NCBI GenBank assembly: GCA_009783855.1
Contig: WRCO01000003.1
Location: forward strand, 1 to 55,430
Length of the DNA: 55,430 bases
Source: Alphaproteobacteria bacterium
GTDB taxonomy: Bacteria > Pseudomonadota > Alphaproteobacteria > Rs-D84
Direction of reading: 5' to 3'
Below are positions 1 through 10,284 of the stretch, piece after piece (within the stretch, counting starts at the first letter, position 1; each line of letters begins with the position of its first letter). The notes under the pieces are model-generated. The model searched no databases. It was not told the origin of the DNA and saw nothing but the letters and a program-made list of their open reading frames with translations. Position numbers and translations under genes: made by a program.

Positions 1-290
1 CGCACTGCTTTCGGGAAGACCCTGTTTTATCGCAGGCGGCTCCCCGACCTTAGCAGTACGGGGATGTAGACAGCTTTGTTTCACCATCTACTTGTGCGGA
101 TACAATATATACTGCGATAAAATTAATATATACTGCTTTGACGTGGTCTAACGACAGACCCGAACCAACATCCCGGTCGGTTCATATCAAATTTACCTAG
201 AAATACTGATAAAATCAAGTTGTTTCTATAAAATTGACTGGAATTATCTTTATTTTTTTACTAGGATAAGATAGAAATAAAGAGGCGCAA

Positions 291-1121
291 ATGGGCAAAA
301 ATGCAGTACAATTATTTGAAAACAAACAAATCAGGACTCTATGGGATGAAACTGCTGAAAAGTGGTGGTTTTCGGTTGTGGACATCGTGGCAGTCTTGAC
401 TGAAAGCGTCGATTCTACAGCATATTGGCGGAAACTAAAACAACGTCTGAAAGAAGAAGGAAATGAAACCGTGACAAATTGTCACGGTTTGAAAATGACT
501 GCTCCGGACGGAAAAATGCGCTTGACCGATGTTGCAGATACGGAACAAATTCTGCGCCTGGTTCAATCTATTCCCAGTAAAAAAGCCGAGCCGTTTAAGC
601 TTTGGTTGGCTAGAGTCGGGTCTGAACGTATCGATGAAACTATTGACCCAGAACTTGCCATAAACCGTGCCATGCATGCCTACAAGAAACTTGGGTATTC
701 CGAAAACTGGATAAACCAACGCCTTAAGTCCATAGAAGTCCGTAAGTCATTAACAGACGAATGGGATAAGTCCGGAGTCAAGAAAGGTAAGGAATATGCA
801 GAATTGACTGACCTTATGATCCAAATCTAGTGAGGTAGCGACACGCGAGAATATAAGAAATTTAAAGGCTTGAGAAAGGAAAATTTGCGCGACAATATGA
901 CCAATACGGAATTAGTTCTGAATATGTTGGCTGAAGTTGCCGCTACGGATGTGTCTCAACTTCGCCAACCAAAAGATTTTGATGAAAGTATTGATGCTGC
1001 CGCTGAGGGAGCAAAGGCCGCACTCGCCGCCCGCCGTCAAATCGAACGCAGTACCGGCAAGACCCCAATAACTCGTCTCAATGCTAAAAGCATCGGCACA
1101 AAAAAGATAGTCAAAAAATAA
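291..1121 (+). pseudogene. Bro-N / phage antirepressor-type protein, split by tandem in-frame stops
   Basis: ORFs 291..830 and 870..1121 share a frame. Only TAG-TGA (828-833) interrupts ...LTDLMIQI**GSDTREYKKFKGLRKENLRDNM..., matching the family's typical 'KAWSGMTTREYKKLKGLKKENLRDNM' segment. The N-terminus (QIRTLWDE..KWWFSVVDIV) is Bro-N-like. Confidence 0.8.
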
Positions 1122-1149
1122 AATGCGTAAGTGGGTTGTAGGGGAGTTT

Positions 1150-3492
1150 TTATATGAACCTATTTATCACTTCAAGCTTTGTTTCTGGAAGTCTATTAAT
1201 TTCAGGTTTGAATGATATTCCATTTTCATCAATTTGATTAACATATCCTTTCAGCCATTCGATATTTTCAAAACTGAACCCATACCTAGTTAGCCATATC
1301 TCAAGTGGGTCATTTGTTCCATATTTTATATAGTTTTTCATTATTTCTGCTCGTTTATCTTCGGTCTTTTCATAATACTGATGAAAAGCGCCGGATAATG
1401 GGGTTGCGAGTGAAAAATATATTACTTTATCCAAGTAGTCATATGTATCGAATACTAATATGTCATATTTAAAATCTGATAGATGCGAATTGGTCGGAAA
1501 TATAGAAACAAGGTTCTTAAATCCCTTATTTGGCAACTGAGTTGCAATTTGAGAAAATTTTAGGATTATGGAGTCTAATTGCGCTTGTTGCTCATTGGAA
1601 TCAATACGCCTTTCCTTATATTCTTTTTCTATATTACGCTGGTCATCTCTCTTCGTAATATAGGCATATCTATTCGCTAGAATAGCTTTAAATGAGCGTC
1701 CTTGTATGAGCCAAAGCAAGATTTGTATGCTCGTGCTCAACACTGCCTTTTCTCCTTTTGTTAATTCATTGCGCCTTAAATGCGCCGAATATATGTTCTC
1801 AAAGGCTTCCTTTATTCGTATTTTGGATGTTAGGCTAAGCTTGTTATATTATTGCCACTTAAGTGGTAAATTATTTGATAGCAAATTATCTAGGATATAT
1901 TGAATATCAGCGTCAATATCGGCGTTTTTCATTCGCTCGATTTGAATTTCTGGCATCATATATTCATCATTGAAAGTATCCTTCTGTATTGCTTCCACAA
2001 CATCCTGCAAATCCTCTTCGATAGTTTCAACTTTTTTGTTTAGTTCCGATTCTTCGTTTAATTTTGCTATTTTCTTCAGTCTCTCTGAAAAGCTTTTTAT
2101 ATGACTATCTGGAATAATCACATATCCGTAATCAAAAGACTGGTTAAGCGAAGTCCTTCCAGCTCTACCGATGAGATTTTTCAAGCCTATTACTTTATCT
2201 GTTTCAGAACCATTAAATTGGAATTTATCAATCCACACCATATCAAATGGCATATTAATACCTTGAATCAAGGTTGAGGTAGCAAAACAAATTTTTGCGA
2301 AACCGAGTTTTACAAATTTTTCTATTAACAGTCTTCCGTATAATGGAATAGAGCCATGATGAATAACAATACCTCGTTTCATCATATCTATCATGACGGA
2401 TGGAGCATTCTCTTCTGCGCCAATAAAATCTCTAAATTCTTCTATTATTTTTAGAGCATCCGCATCTATAATTTTTGGGCACAATTCTATGTATTTCTTG
2501 AATTTCTCTAAACATGACCCATTATAAATATTTTCTTTCGAAATATACACCAATAATGTAGTTCCATCGGTCTTTAATTTCTCATAAATTATATCGGATG
2601 TCTCTGGAATTTTATCAAATAACTTTTCCGATTCAAATGGAGAGAAATATGATAATTTATCGTCTTTTAATGACATATAAATTTTTCCAACACTTTGTTG
2701 GTTATATAAAAACTTTCCGGTGTCAGTATTTATATTGTGTTTTATAAACTGAGCTTCTGGGTTTTCAATAAATGGGTGTGCAAAAATCTTTTTAGAATCT
2801 GGGAAATGCGTATTTATGCGCCTAACCAAGGCATCAAATAGCATTCCCCGCATATATTCTTCTGCGATTTGGGCTTCATCAAATAAGAAAAGCTCAATAT
2901 TGAATCTATTTTTCAACTTGAATAGCTCTCTTGCTCTTTCAGGGGTCACGACAAATATACGTCGATTAGTATTCGTTTTGTTTATGTCATCAATAAATTG
3001 TAAAACCAAAACATCTTTATCAACAACTCTTGTGATTTCTAAGATATACTCGGTTATCAAAGCTCGTGATGGGACAACGACAACCACGTCATTTTTCGCA
3101 TTGGTTATTAGATATCTGAATAAATATGATTTACCAACGCTTGTTGGGGCAGAGAAAGAAAAGAATTTATGTTTTTTGATATGCTCTAATATATCGGCTT
3201 GTATGGGAGTAAAATTTTCTTGGGTTTCATTTTTTATGACATCTGCGTAAACTTGATAACAGGCTTCAAAAAATGATTCTGGATCTTTAGTTTTATAGAA
3301 TAACCCTAAAACATAAAGAAGTTCGTTTTCTTGTTCAGCAAATAATGTCTGATGAAATGATTTAATATAAGATAATTTTTCTAACTGTTGTATGTCAATT
3401 GCCCCATTCTCATGGATGTCCATAATAATACTTGCCATAAGTTGTCTTATGGCATCAGAATCTTTTGAAGACAGTATCTCTTTAATTAACAA
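1150..3492 (-). pseudogene. DEAD/DEAH (Ski2-like) SF2 helicase, HamB-like, split by one in-frame TAA
   Basis: Motifs APTSVGKS, FDEAQ, HHGSIP, ATSTLIQGINMP and NLIGRAGR are present. ORFs 1849..3492 and 1150..1743 share a frame, and the frame stays open after TAA 1849-1851 (PLKWQ*YNKLSLTSKIRIKEAF...), giving ~780 codons in total. Confidence 0.8.
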
Positions 3493-4183
3493 ATTCTATC
3501 CCCACAATATATATTTCTGGATATTTCAATAACTCACTAAATTTCGGACTAGCGATTACATTATCAAATATCTCATTGTAATTTTTGTTATGGACGGAAA
3601 ATGCAATAGTAAATGCCTTTGATTTATCCGGAAATGTTGAAATGTTGCTTTTAGTTTTATCGCCAATCCATTTATCTAAGTCAGGCAGCTCCTTAATATC
3701 TTTTTTGTTCTCAATAAATTTAACGATTTGATTGATAGCTATGGTGTGCGATGACTGATTTTTATTATATTTTGCTTCCCCAAATGCAATAAAGTTGGTT
3801 GGAGTCTCTGTGTGAAAGTCAAATCCAGGATTTCCACGTTTCTTCTCTTTCCATAATTCAGCCAGTGGAATTTTGTTATGACGGTGATGTCCTACAAGCA
3901 AATCTTGCGCCTGTGTTGATACTATTATTTCACCTAAGTCTCCTGAAATTGGATTAACAACATTGGTTAGAATTCCCGATACGATTTTTGCTATCGTCTC
4001 TTTGGCACGAGCTTCATAGCCCAATTTTGCCATAATGTCTAGGCTGTTTATCCAACTAGTATCAGATATGCTTTTTTGTATCTTTGTGGCCAACTTTGCT
4101 ACATCAGAAACTTGGGCATGAATAAAAGAAATCGTGCAATTATCTTGCACTTTTTGTTGTGTCTGATGGATATTTAGGCACAC
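3482..4183 (-). CDS. PD-(D/E)xK nuclease-like protein, HamA (DUF1837)-like
   Basis: GDLGE...GFDF...FGEAKY motif pattern. It overlaps the helicase start, and AGGAG precedes the GTG start. Confidence 0.65.
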   Translation of the reverse strand: MCLNIHQTQQKVQDNCTISFIHAQVSDVAKLATKIQKSISDTSWINSLDIMAKLGYEARAKETIAKIVSGILTNVVNPISGDLGEIIVSTQAQDLLVGHHRHNKIPLAELWKEKKRGNPGFDFHTETPTNFIAFGEAKYNKNQSSHTIAINQIVKFIENKKDIKELPDLDKWIGDKTKSNISTFPDKSKAFTIAFSVHNKNYNEIFDNVIASPKFSELLKYPEIYIVGIEFVN

Positions 4184-4280
4184 AATATATTTCTCCTATT
4201 CAATTGTTTAGCTTCCTTTCCGACTAAATATAGTATTTTAGGGGGTAGTTTCAAGGTATATTACACTTTATTTACTTTCT

Positions 4281-4594
4281 TTTCCCTGATACTCAAAATA
4301 AATTCCCTGTTAATTTTTTAGGGAATTTTCGGGCGAATTGGCGGTATTGTTGGGGTGTGGCGGGGCAATTTTCGAGAAATTGGGCGAAATATGCAAAATT
4401 TCCCTGTATTTTCCCTGATAACGGTGTTATGATGGGGTCACAAGGCTGGGCTTAGTATGGGATACACCGTTGTTCTTTACAGCCCCGCCAAGATTTCAGA
4501 TAGTATATGGCACATGGTAGAAACACCCTAAAAGCCCGCAGTTCTGTAGGATTTTTATTGCATTGACTATGTATACCTTGCTAAAATCCCTGAT
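4281..4594. repeat. Cluster of TTCCCTG(A/T) motifs including an inverted pair
   Basis: Copies near 4282, 4303, 4400, 4411 and 4587 (TCCCTG). Inverted pair AAATTCCCT...AGGGAATTT at 4300-4328. Confidence 0.6.
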
Positions 4595-4657
4595 AGCTGC
4601 AATTTTAATAGGCATTCTATATAATGGCCTAAAACAGAGAGTCAATGGAGTTGTAAA

Positions 4658-5020
4658 ATGAAACTAAGCCCAATTCTTCACGAGGAGGCGTTTGCATTTG
4701 TGGCCGCAGACAGCGACATGGCGGCGCAATTTCTGCCGGATGCAATATGCGTATTCAAAGAGGCCGAAGGTATAACTCTGGTCATATCGGAATCGGTCGC
4801 AAAGAAGCACGGACTGGCATACGAATTCCGCGCTGCCTGGATTACCTTGTCCGCGGAAACTTCCCTGAACGCCCTAGGAATAACAAGCACGTTTTCCAAA
4901 GTCCTTGCCGACAACGGAATCAGCTGTAACGTTTTCGCGCCAATACACCATGACCACATATTCGTGCCATTTGAAAAAGGTGCGGAAGCGGTGCAGTTGC
5001 TGGACGGTATCACATTGTAA
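4658..5020 (+). CDS. ACT domain-containing protein (DUF2241/ACT_7-like)
   Basis: FKEAEGITL, WITL...SLNALGIT, GISCNVFAPIHHDHIFVP. Confidence 0.85.
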   Translation: MKLSPILHEEAFAFVAADSDMAAQFLPDAICVFKEAEGITLVISESVAKKHGLAYEFRAAWITLSAETSLNALGITSTFSKVLADNGISCNVFAPIHHDHIFVPFEKGAEAVQLLDGITL

Positions 5021-5067
5021 TGACATTCTTATAGGCTGCCATATACTTAGATATCCTGTCCCGCCAC

Positions 5068-5140
5068 CCTTCGCCTCTGCGAGGCTACGGGTGAGTAAGC
5101 AAGTAGCAAAGGCCAAGGAGTGTCCTCCGTAGCCTTGGCG
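5068..5140. repeat. Inverted doublet of REP-like CCGTAGCC-N-GGCGAAG element
   Basis: CCTTCGCCTCTGCGAGGCTACGG (minus-strand copy) followed by CCTCCGTAGCCTTGGCG. Same family as 46153-46180 and 52223-52345. Confidence 0.65.
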
Positions 5141-5173
5141 TACATATAATGCCTATAATAACGGGGTCAATAA

Positions 5174-5584
5174 ATGGAAAATCAAACCATAGACAAGCTT
5201 GCTTGGATGCATTTTGAAAATCAGAAACAACTTGTCGTGCGCACAAAAGGTAAAGATAAATTTTACAATCCTGGCGGAAAACGCATTCCGGGCGAAACTG
5301 ATGTCCAGGCTTTGGTGCGCGAAATAAAACAAGAGTTGGATATCGACATTATTCCCGAAACAGCGAAATTATTTGCCACTTATACCGCACAAGCAGACGG
5401 CAAACCAGCAGGCGTTATGGTAAAAATTACGGCATACACCGCAGATTTCACCGGCACGCCAAAACCGTCCAGCGAAATAGAAGAAATCGCATACATTGAT
5501 TCGTCTGATGAATACAGGCTGTCAGCAATTCATATGGTCGGCGGAATATTGAAAGACCTTGTTAAAAAGGGATTAATAAGATAA
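5174..5584 (+). CDS. NUDIX hydrolase
   Basis: Nudix box PGGKRIPGETDVQALVREIKQEL. Confidence 0.9.
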   Translation: MENQTIDKLAWMHFENQKQLVVRTKGKDKFYNPGGKRIPGETDVQALVREIKQELDIDIIPETAKLFATYTAQADGKPAGVMVKITAYTADFTGTPKPSSEIEEIAYIDSSDEYRLSAIHMVGGILKDLVKKGLIR

Positions 5585-5642
5585 CAATTCAGATATGGGA
5601 AAGTAAGCAACAGAATGCCTGCCCGCCATGTTTGAACTTCCC

Positions 5643-5670
5643 TTGACAGGAACCCAAAATGAACTATAAT
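5643..5670 (+). promoter_or_regulatory. Sigma70 promoter TTGACA-16-TATAAT
   Basis: TTGACA 5643-5648, TATAAT 5665-5670, upstream of ATG 5710. Confidence 0.7.
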
Positions 5671-5709
5671 GTTGGTATAAGATTGCAACATATGCCAAAG
5701 GAGCGGGAT

Positions 5710-5988
5710 ATGTCATTGATAAAAGACCTTAAACAAACAATTCTGGACATTCCGGAAGACTATAAGACGCGCTTTCTGTATCTGCCGAAGGATTACGAGG
5801 CGGCGATGGTGACGTGCGACACCAAATTCGATAAAGTCATCGGCACGCTTAAATTTGCGATTGGCGAAGCTTTTGAAATCGCGCTTCATCCGATACGCGC
5901 GCCGCTTGCCGCGACTATGGCGCACCTTAATCCCAAACGCGCTGTCGTCAAACACATGGCGCAAGAGCATGCTGTTGCAAGTCGATAA
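5710..5988 (+). CDS. Hypothetical protein (~92 aa)
   Basis: ORF 5659..5988. ATG 5710 follows AAGGAG, with a promoter upstream and a terminator downstream. Confidence 0.65.
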   Translation: MSLIKDLKQTILDIPEDYKTRFLYLPKDYEAAMVTCDTKFDKVIGTLKFAIGEAFEIALHPIRAPLAATMAHLNPKRAVVKHMAQEHAVASR

Positions 5989-6012
5989 AAAACGCCCTTT
6001 GGGGCGTTTTTT
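5987..6012. terminator. Bidirectional rho-independent terminator
   Basis: AAAAAACGCCC-TTTG-GGGCGTTTTTT between convergent genes. Confidence 0.85.
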
Positions 6013-6017
6013 GTGCG

Positions 6018-6716
6018 TCAAAAAATCTTGGTAAGCATTTTGGAAAGAGTCTTGCCGTCGCTTGCGTCATCGTATGCGATTTTACCCATGGATAAAATTA
6101 TCGCATTGTCGGTAAGCGGCAACAGGGTTTTCAAATTATGTTCCACGATTATAAAACCGGTTCCGGTTTTTTTATTTATTTCGCGAAGTTTGTGAAACGT
6201 GTCGCTTATAAGTTTCGGCGCAAGCCCGATACTGGGTTCGTCCAGCACCAGCAATTTCGGTTGATTGATAAGCCCGCGCGCAAGCGCGACCATCTGTTGC
6301 TGCCCCCCGGAAAGATTTCCCGCCATATCGTCAAGCCGGTTACGCAAAGCCGGAAAGTGTTTAAGAACTTTATCCAGCCGTGCGGAAAATTCCGCGCGGT
6401 TGCCCCAATGGTGCGTCGCGATTTCAATATTGTCGCGCACGGACATGTTTGGGAAGACCCGCTGACCCTGGCCAATCATAAACACGCCGTGTTTTATCCA
6501 GTCCGCGGGGCTTGCGGGAGCGGAAAATTTTCCGCCCACAGATATATCCCCGCTCATCGGCCGCAACAACCCCATCATAGTCTTAAGCAAGGTCGTCTTG
6601 CCGCATCCGTTCGGTCCCATAATCACGGTGATTTTGGACGGGTCGAATGCGACGCTCACGTCGCTTAAGACAACTTTGTCACCGTATCCGGCCGTAATAT
6701 GATTAAGTTTTATCAT
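6018..6716 (-). CDS. livF: Branched-chain amino acid ABC transporter ATP-binding protein (LivF-like)
   Basis: Walker A GPNGCGKTT, signature LSGGQQQM, LDEPSIGLAP. Confidence 0.85.
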   Translation of the reverse strand: MIKLNHITAGYGDKVVLSDVSVAFDPSKITVIMGPNGCGKTTLLKTMMGLLRPMSGDISVGGKFSAPASPADWIKHGVFMIGQGQRVFPNMSVRDNIEIATHHWGNRAEFSARLDKVLKHFPALRNRLDDMAGNLSGGQQQMVALARGLINQPKLLVLDEPSIGLAPKLISDTFHKLREINKKTGTGFIIVEHNLKTLLPLTDNAIILSMGKIAYDDASDGKTLSKMLTKIF

Positions 6717-7807
6717 TTCACTATCACCGTTATTCCGTTTTCTATTTTACGAAGCGTGCCCGGGGAATTTATAACCCCGGACGGCGCCGTCGTGATGGTG
6801 CCGATGGCCGTTTCCATCCCGCCGGTTTTTTCAAGAATCGTCCGCGCGGCGGCGGCGTTATCGGCGGTGTCCGGATTTGCTTCGAACGCTTTGGTCAGAA
6901 TCTGCAATATCGCATAATAATATTCCGCATAGTTCGTCACCCGGGTCCCCGTCAATCGTTCGAACCTTTCTATGAAATCGTCGCTCCACGGGGCGCCGTC
7001 GCCGTAATAGAATCCTTCGGCAAGACTTTTGTCTTCCAAAAACGAAAACGATTCCACGCTTATCACCGGGATTGTCATATTCAATTGATGATACTGGCGC
7101 AAGAATATGGCAATTTCCGGCATAAAGAACTGTGCGAAAATCACATCGGGCGCGTCATTATTGACGCGGTGCAATATGGGGCGGAAATCCCGCTCTCCCC
7201 TGTTTACCGGGTGGACATTCCGGACCGTGATTCCCGTGCCTTCCAATTCGCCGCGCAGCACGTCAAGAAATATCTGTTGCACGGATGTGATTTCATGAAC
7301 GTAATCTATGGTCCGTGCGCCCGTGTTTTGCAGATGGCGGATTACTTCGCGCGCCTTGTCTTCGGCGGATGTTACGATGGTGAAATTATAATCGCCCTGG
7401 GCGACGTTCGGGTCTGTCGCCGTGGATATATGAATCACGCCGGCGCGTTCTGCAATCGGGTTTATCGCGCCGCCGATATGCGATGCAAAGGATACGATGG
7501 CATTGACCCGGTTGGCGGCAATCATTTTTCGCGCGCTGGTCGCGGCGGTTGCGGATTGAAACCGGTTGTCTTCAAAGAATACTTCATATCTGAAATGCGC
7601 CGCGTCCGCGTCGAAATCGTCGAAGAACAGTCGGACCGCATGCTGTGCCGAGCGTCCGAATTTCGCCGCTTCGCCCGACAGGGGCATGGAGAACCCAATC
7701 CGGATAACGGGCCGCGGGTCGGATGACATATATGCCGGCCGCATTGCGAAGAACGCAAAAGCGGCGATAACAACGGCGCCGACGATTATCAAAAGTTTTT
7801 TGCTCAT
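6713..7807 (-). CDS. ABC substrate-binding protein, LivK/type-1 periplasmic fold (paralog 1)
   Basis: N-terminal TM anchor, RIGFSMPLSGEAA..G, FEDNRFQ; located in the liv cluster. Confidence 0.85.
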   Translation of the reverse strand: MSKKLLIIVGAVVIAAFAFFAMRPAYMSSDPRPVIRIGFSMPLSGEAAKFGRSAQHAVRLFFDDFDADAAHFRYEVFFEDNRFQSATAATSARKMIAANRVNAIVSFASHIGGAINPIAERAGVIHISTATDPNVAQGDYNFTIVTSAEDKAREVIRHLQNTGARTIDYVHEITSVQQIFLDVLRGELEGTGITVRNVHPVNRGERDFRPILHRVNNDAPDVIFAQFFMPEIAIFLRQYHQLNMTIPVISVESFSFLEDKSLAEGFYYGDGAPWSDDFIERFERLTGTRVTNYAEYYYAILQILTKAFEANPDTADNAAAARTILEKTGGMETAIGTITTAPSGVINSPGTLRKIENGITVIVK

Positions 7808-7825
7808 ATCATCCTCCTTATCACT

Positions 7826-7843
7826 TGTTTACTATAGTAGATA
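7826..7843. repeat. 18-bp palindrome copy 1 (TGTTTACTATAGTAGATA)
   Basis: Degenerate TGTCYACTATAGTRGACA just upstream of the paralog-1 RBS, followed by a period-7 array at 7852-7886. Confidence 0.8.
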
Positions 7844-7897
7844 TCTTTTTTCAAATCACTAATCACTGGTCACTTGTAACTGATTAATGGTTGAAGG

Positions 7898-8992
7898 TCA
7901 CTCCATTCTTACCGGCACGCCGTTTTCTATTTTTCGCAACACAGTGGGCGCGTCGATAATTCCGCCCGGACATATCGTGACAACGCCGATAACCGTTTCC
8001 AATCCGTCGGTCTTTTCAAGGATAGCCCGCGCCGCGGCGGTATTGTCCGCCGCATCCGGATTTGCTTCGAACGCCGTTGTCAGGATTTGCAGAATCGCGT
8101 GCATATATTCCGCAAAGTTCGTCGCGGTGCTTCCGACAAGCCGTTCGTACCTTTCTGTGAAATCGTCGTTGCCGGATGCCGTGGCGACATAATACAATCC
8201 TTCGGCCAATGTCTTGTCGCCAAGAAACGAAAACGAATCCGCGCTGAAAAGCGGGATTGTTATGCCCGACTGATGATACTGGCGCAGAAATATTGCGATT
8301 TCCGGTTCGGAAAATTGGGGAAGAATCATGTCGGGCGTATCATTCGCGATACGTTGCAGTATCGGGCGGAAATCACGCTCGCCCTTGTTTACCGGATAGA
8401 CGCTTTTAATTTCTATCCCGGTTCCTTTGATTTCGGATTTCAATGCGTTGATGAACACCTGTTGGCCGGATACAATTTCATGGACAAGAGTTATTGTTCC
8501 CACGCCAAGATTTTGCAAATGCCGGATTACCGCCTGCGCTTGTCCGCGGGCCGACGATATGATTATAAAATTATATTCGCCGCGCGCAACGTCCGGGTCT
8601 ATGGATGCCGAAATATGGATGACGCCGGCGCGTTCTGCAATCGGGTTTGTCGGGCCGCCGATATGCGACGCAAGGGATACAATCGCGTTGACCCGGTTGG
8701 CGGCAATCATTTTATGCGCGACGGATGCGGCCACGCCGGATTGAAAACGATTGTCTTCGAATATGATTTCGTATCTGTAATGCGCCGCGTCCGCATCAAA
8801 GTCTTCGAAAAACAACCTTACGCCATGGCGAGCGGCTTTGCCAAAGTGTGCGGAATCGCCGGACATCGGCATGGAGAACCCAATCCGGATAACGGGCCGC
8901 GGATCGGATGACATATATGCCGGTCGGATTGCGAAAAATGCAAAAGCGGAGATAACAGCGATGCCGGCGATTATCAAAAGTTTTTTGCTCAT
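7898..8992 (-). CDS. ABC substrate-binding protein (paralog 2, close to paralog 1)
   Basis: RIGFSMPMSGDSA..G; strong similarity to 6713..7807. Confidence 0.85.
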   Translation of the reverse strand: MSKKLLIIAGIAVISAFAFFAIRPAYMSSDPRPVIRIGFSMPMSGDSAHFGKAARHGVRLFFEDFDADAAHYRYEIIFEDNRFQSGVAASVAHKMIAANRVNAIVSLASHIGGPTNPIAERAGVIHISASIDPDVARGEYNFIIISSARGQAQAVIRHLQNLGVGTITLVHEIVSGQQVFINALKSEIKGTGIEIKSVYPVNKGERDFRPILQRIANDTPDMILPQFSEPEIAIFLRQYHQSGITIPLFSADSFSFLGDKTLAEGLYYVATASGNDDFTERYERLVGSTATNFAEYMHAILQILTTAFEANPDAADNTAAARAILEKTDGLETVIGVVTICPGGIIDAPTVLRKIENGVPVRME

Positions 8993-9010
8993 ACCATCCT
9001 CTTTATCAGT

Positions 9011-9028
9011 TGCCTACCATAGTAGACA
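9011..9028. repeat. 18-bp palindrome copy 2 (TGCCTACCATAGTAGACA)
   Basis: Upstream of paralog 2; period-7 array at 9037-9085. Confidence 0.8.
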
Positions 9029-9075
9029 TCTTTTTTATAATTACTAATCACTGGTAACTGATTAATGATAACCGA

Positions 9076-10206
9076 TTACTGGTCACCAGCCGGCGCAACC
9101 GACCGGCCGTCACGTATTTCGCGGATTACGGTGGGGACAAGGATGTTGCCGTCGTCGTCCGTCCTCAGCGTCGCCAATGATGTCCGAAGTCCTGCGGTGT
9201 TTCTTATCATGGATTCCGCGACCGCTTCGGGTGTCGGCTTTTCGCCGGGTGCGGCGTCCGCCATTTCCCACGCATTGACAAGTATGTTAATCATCATGTA
9301 CGTCGCTTCGGCGTAATAGGTGTCCGTCCGCCCAAGGACGCCTCCAAACCGGTCAAGCCATTCGGGCGTGGCGGTCACATCCCGAACTTCCCACATTCCT
9401 TCGACCAATGATTTATCGGTGACAAGTCCGATGGTCTGTTGTCCGGTCACGGGAATATTCAAATTATTCCGCCGCATGGCTGTGATAAACCTGTCGGAAT
9501 CCGGCGGCATTAATTGCATAACCACCATGCCCGCGCCGGATTGCCTTATCTGTCTTACCATCACGTCGAAATTCTGTTCGCCCGGACGAATGCGGAAGGT
9601 CGGCCCAAGCGTAAGAGTATCGCGTGCGTTCGCCTGTCGCACGATTGTATCGTACAGTATGGTGTTGGCGACGTCGCTTCCTCCGATGACCGCAATTTTA
9701 TTTACGCCCTGGGCCTGCACACGGGAAAGAAGTTTATCAATCGCCGCTTCCATATCAAGGGTCAGGCGAAAGGCAAAATCACCGTCGCTTGTCGCCGGGT
9801 CAAGCGTATAGTTCAGATTGATAATCCGATGCCTGTTGATAATCGGATTGATGGCAAGCGCCATACCCGAAAAAATACTTACAACCGCGTCGGCCCTTTG
9901 ATTTCGCGCAAAGCGGTGCATTATGGTTACTGCCCGCGCGGTCGAAAATTGCACGTCTTCCCAAATTATCTCATACCTGTATTTCGCGTCCGGATTTTGC
10001 GCTTTCCATTCCGGCATGAACGCGTCGATAACCCGGCGGTTGACATCGCCAAACGCCGCCATGTCGCCCGTCATCGGATACAGCATGACAACCCTGACGA
10101 CAGGCCGGCCATCATCGGATTTGTCCGCGCCGCGCGGTACAAGCACAAACGCCGAAACAGCCGCCGCAACCAGCCCAATAATTATCAAAAGTTTTTTCTT
10201 TCTCAT
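9076..10206 (-). CDS. ABC substrate-binding protein (paralog 3, divergent)
   Basis: PMTGDMAAFG, EDVQFS; N-terminal TM anchor. Confidence 0.8.
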   Translation of the reverse strand: MRKKKLLIIIGLVAAAVSAFVLVPRGADKSDDGRPVVRVVMLYPMTGDMAAFGDVNRRVIDAFMPEWKAQNPDAKYRYEIIWEDVQFSTARAVTIMHRFARNQRADAVVSIFSGMALAINPIINRHRIINLNYTLDPATSDGDFAFRLTLDMEAAIDKLLSRVQAQGVNKIAVIGGSDVANTILYDTIVRQANARDTLTLGPTFRIRPGEQNFDVMVRQIRQSGAGMVVMQLMPPDSDRFITAMRRNNLNIPVTGQQTIGLVTDKSLVEGMWEVRDVTATPEWLDRFGGVLGRTDTYYAEATYMMINILVNAWEMADAAPGEKPTPEAVAESMIRNTAGLRTSLATLRTDDDGNILVPTVIREIRDGRSVAPAGDQ

Positions 10207-10231
10207 TATGTTTCCTTTTTCATTTTATCCG

Positions 10232-10256
10232 TTGTCCTTACTACTATAAGGGACAA
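10232..10256. repeat. Palindrome variant copy 3 (TTGTCCTTACTACTATAAGGGACAA)
   Basis: Upstream of paralog 3; GTTGTTA/GCTGTTA array at 10261-10282. Confidence 0.6.
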
Positions 10257-10284
10257 GCCAGTTGTTAGCTGTTAGTTAGCTTAT

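Larger units (their letters stand above)
1..4600. mobile_element. AT-rich genomic island (right end)
   Basis: Visibly lower GC than the rest of the window, defence/phage-type cargo, and a repeat-rich gene-free boundary at ~4250-4600. No integrase in the window. Confidence 0.55.

Noticed and set aside
291-3492. Stop-codon reassignment explaining the in-frame TAG/TGA/TAA
   Set aside because: All three stops terminate intact housekeeping genes here (ligA TAG, smpB TGA, lysS TAA), and the internal stops are of three different kinds.
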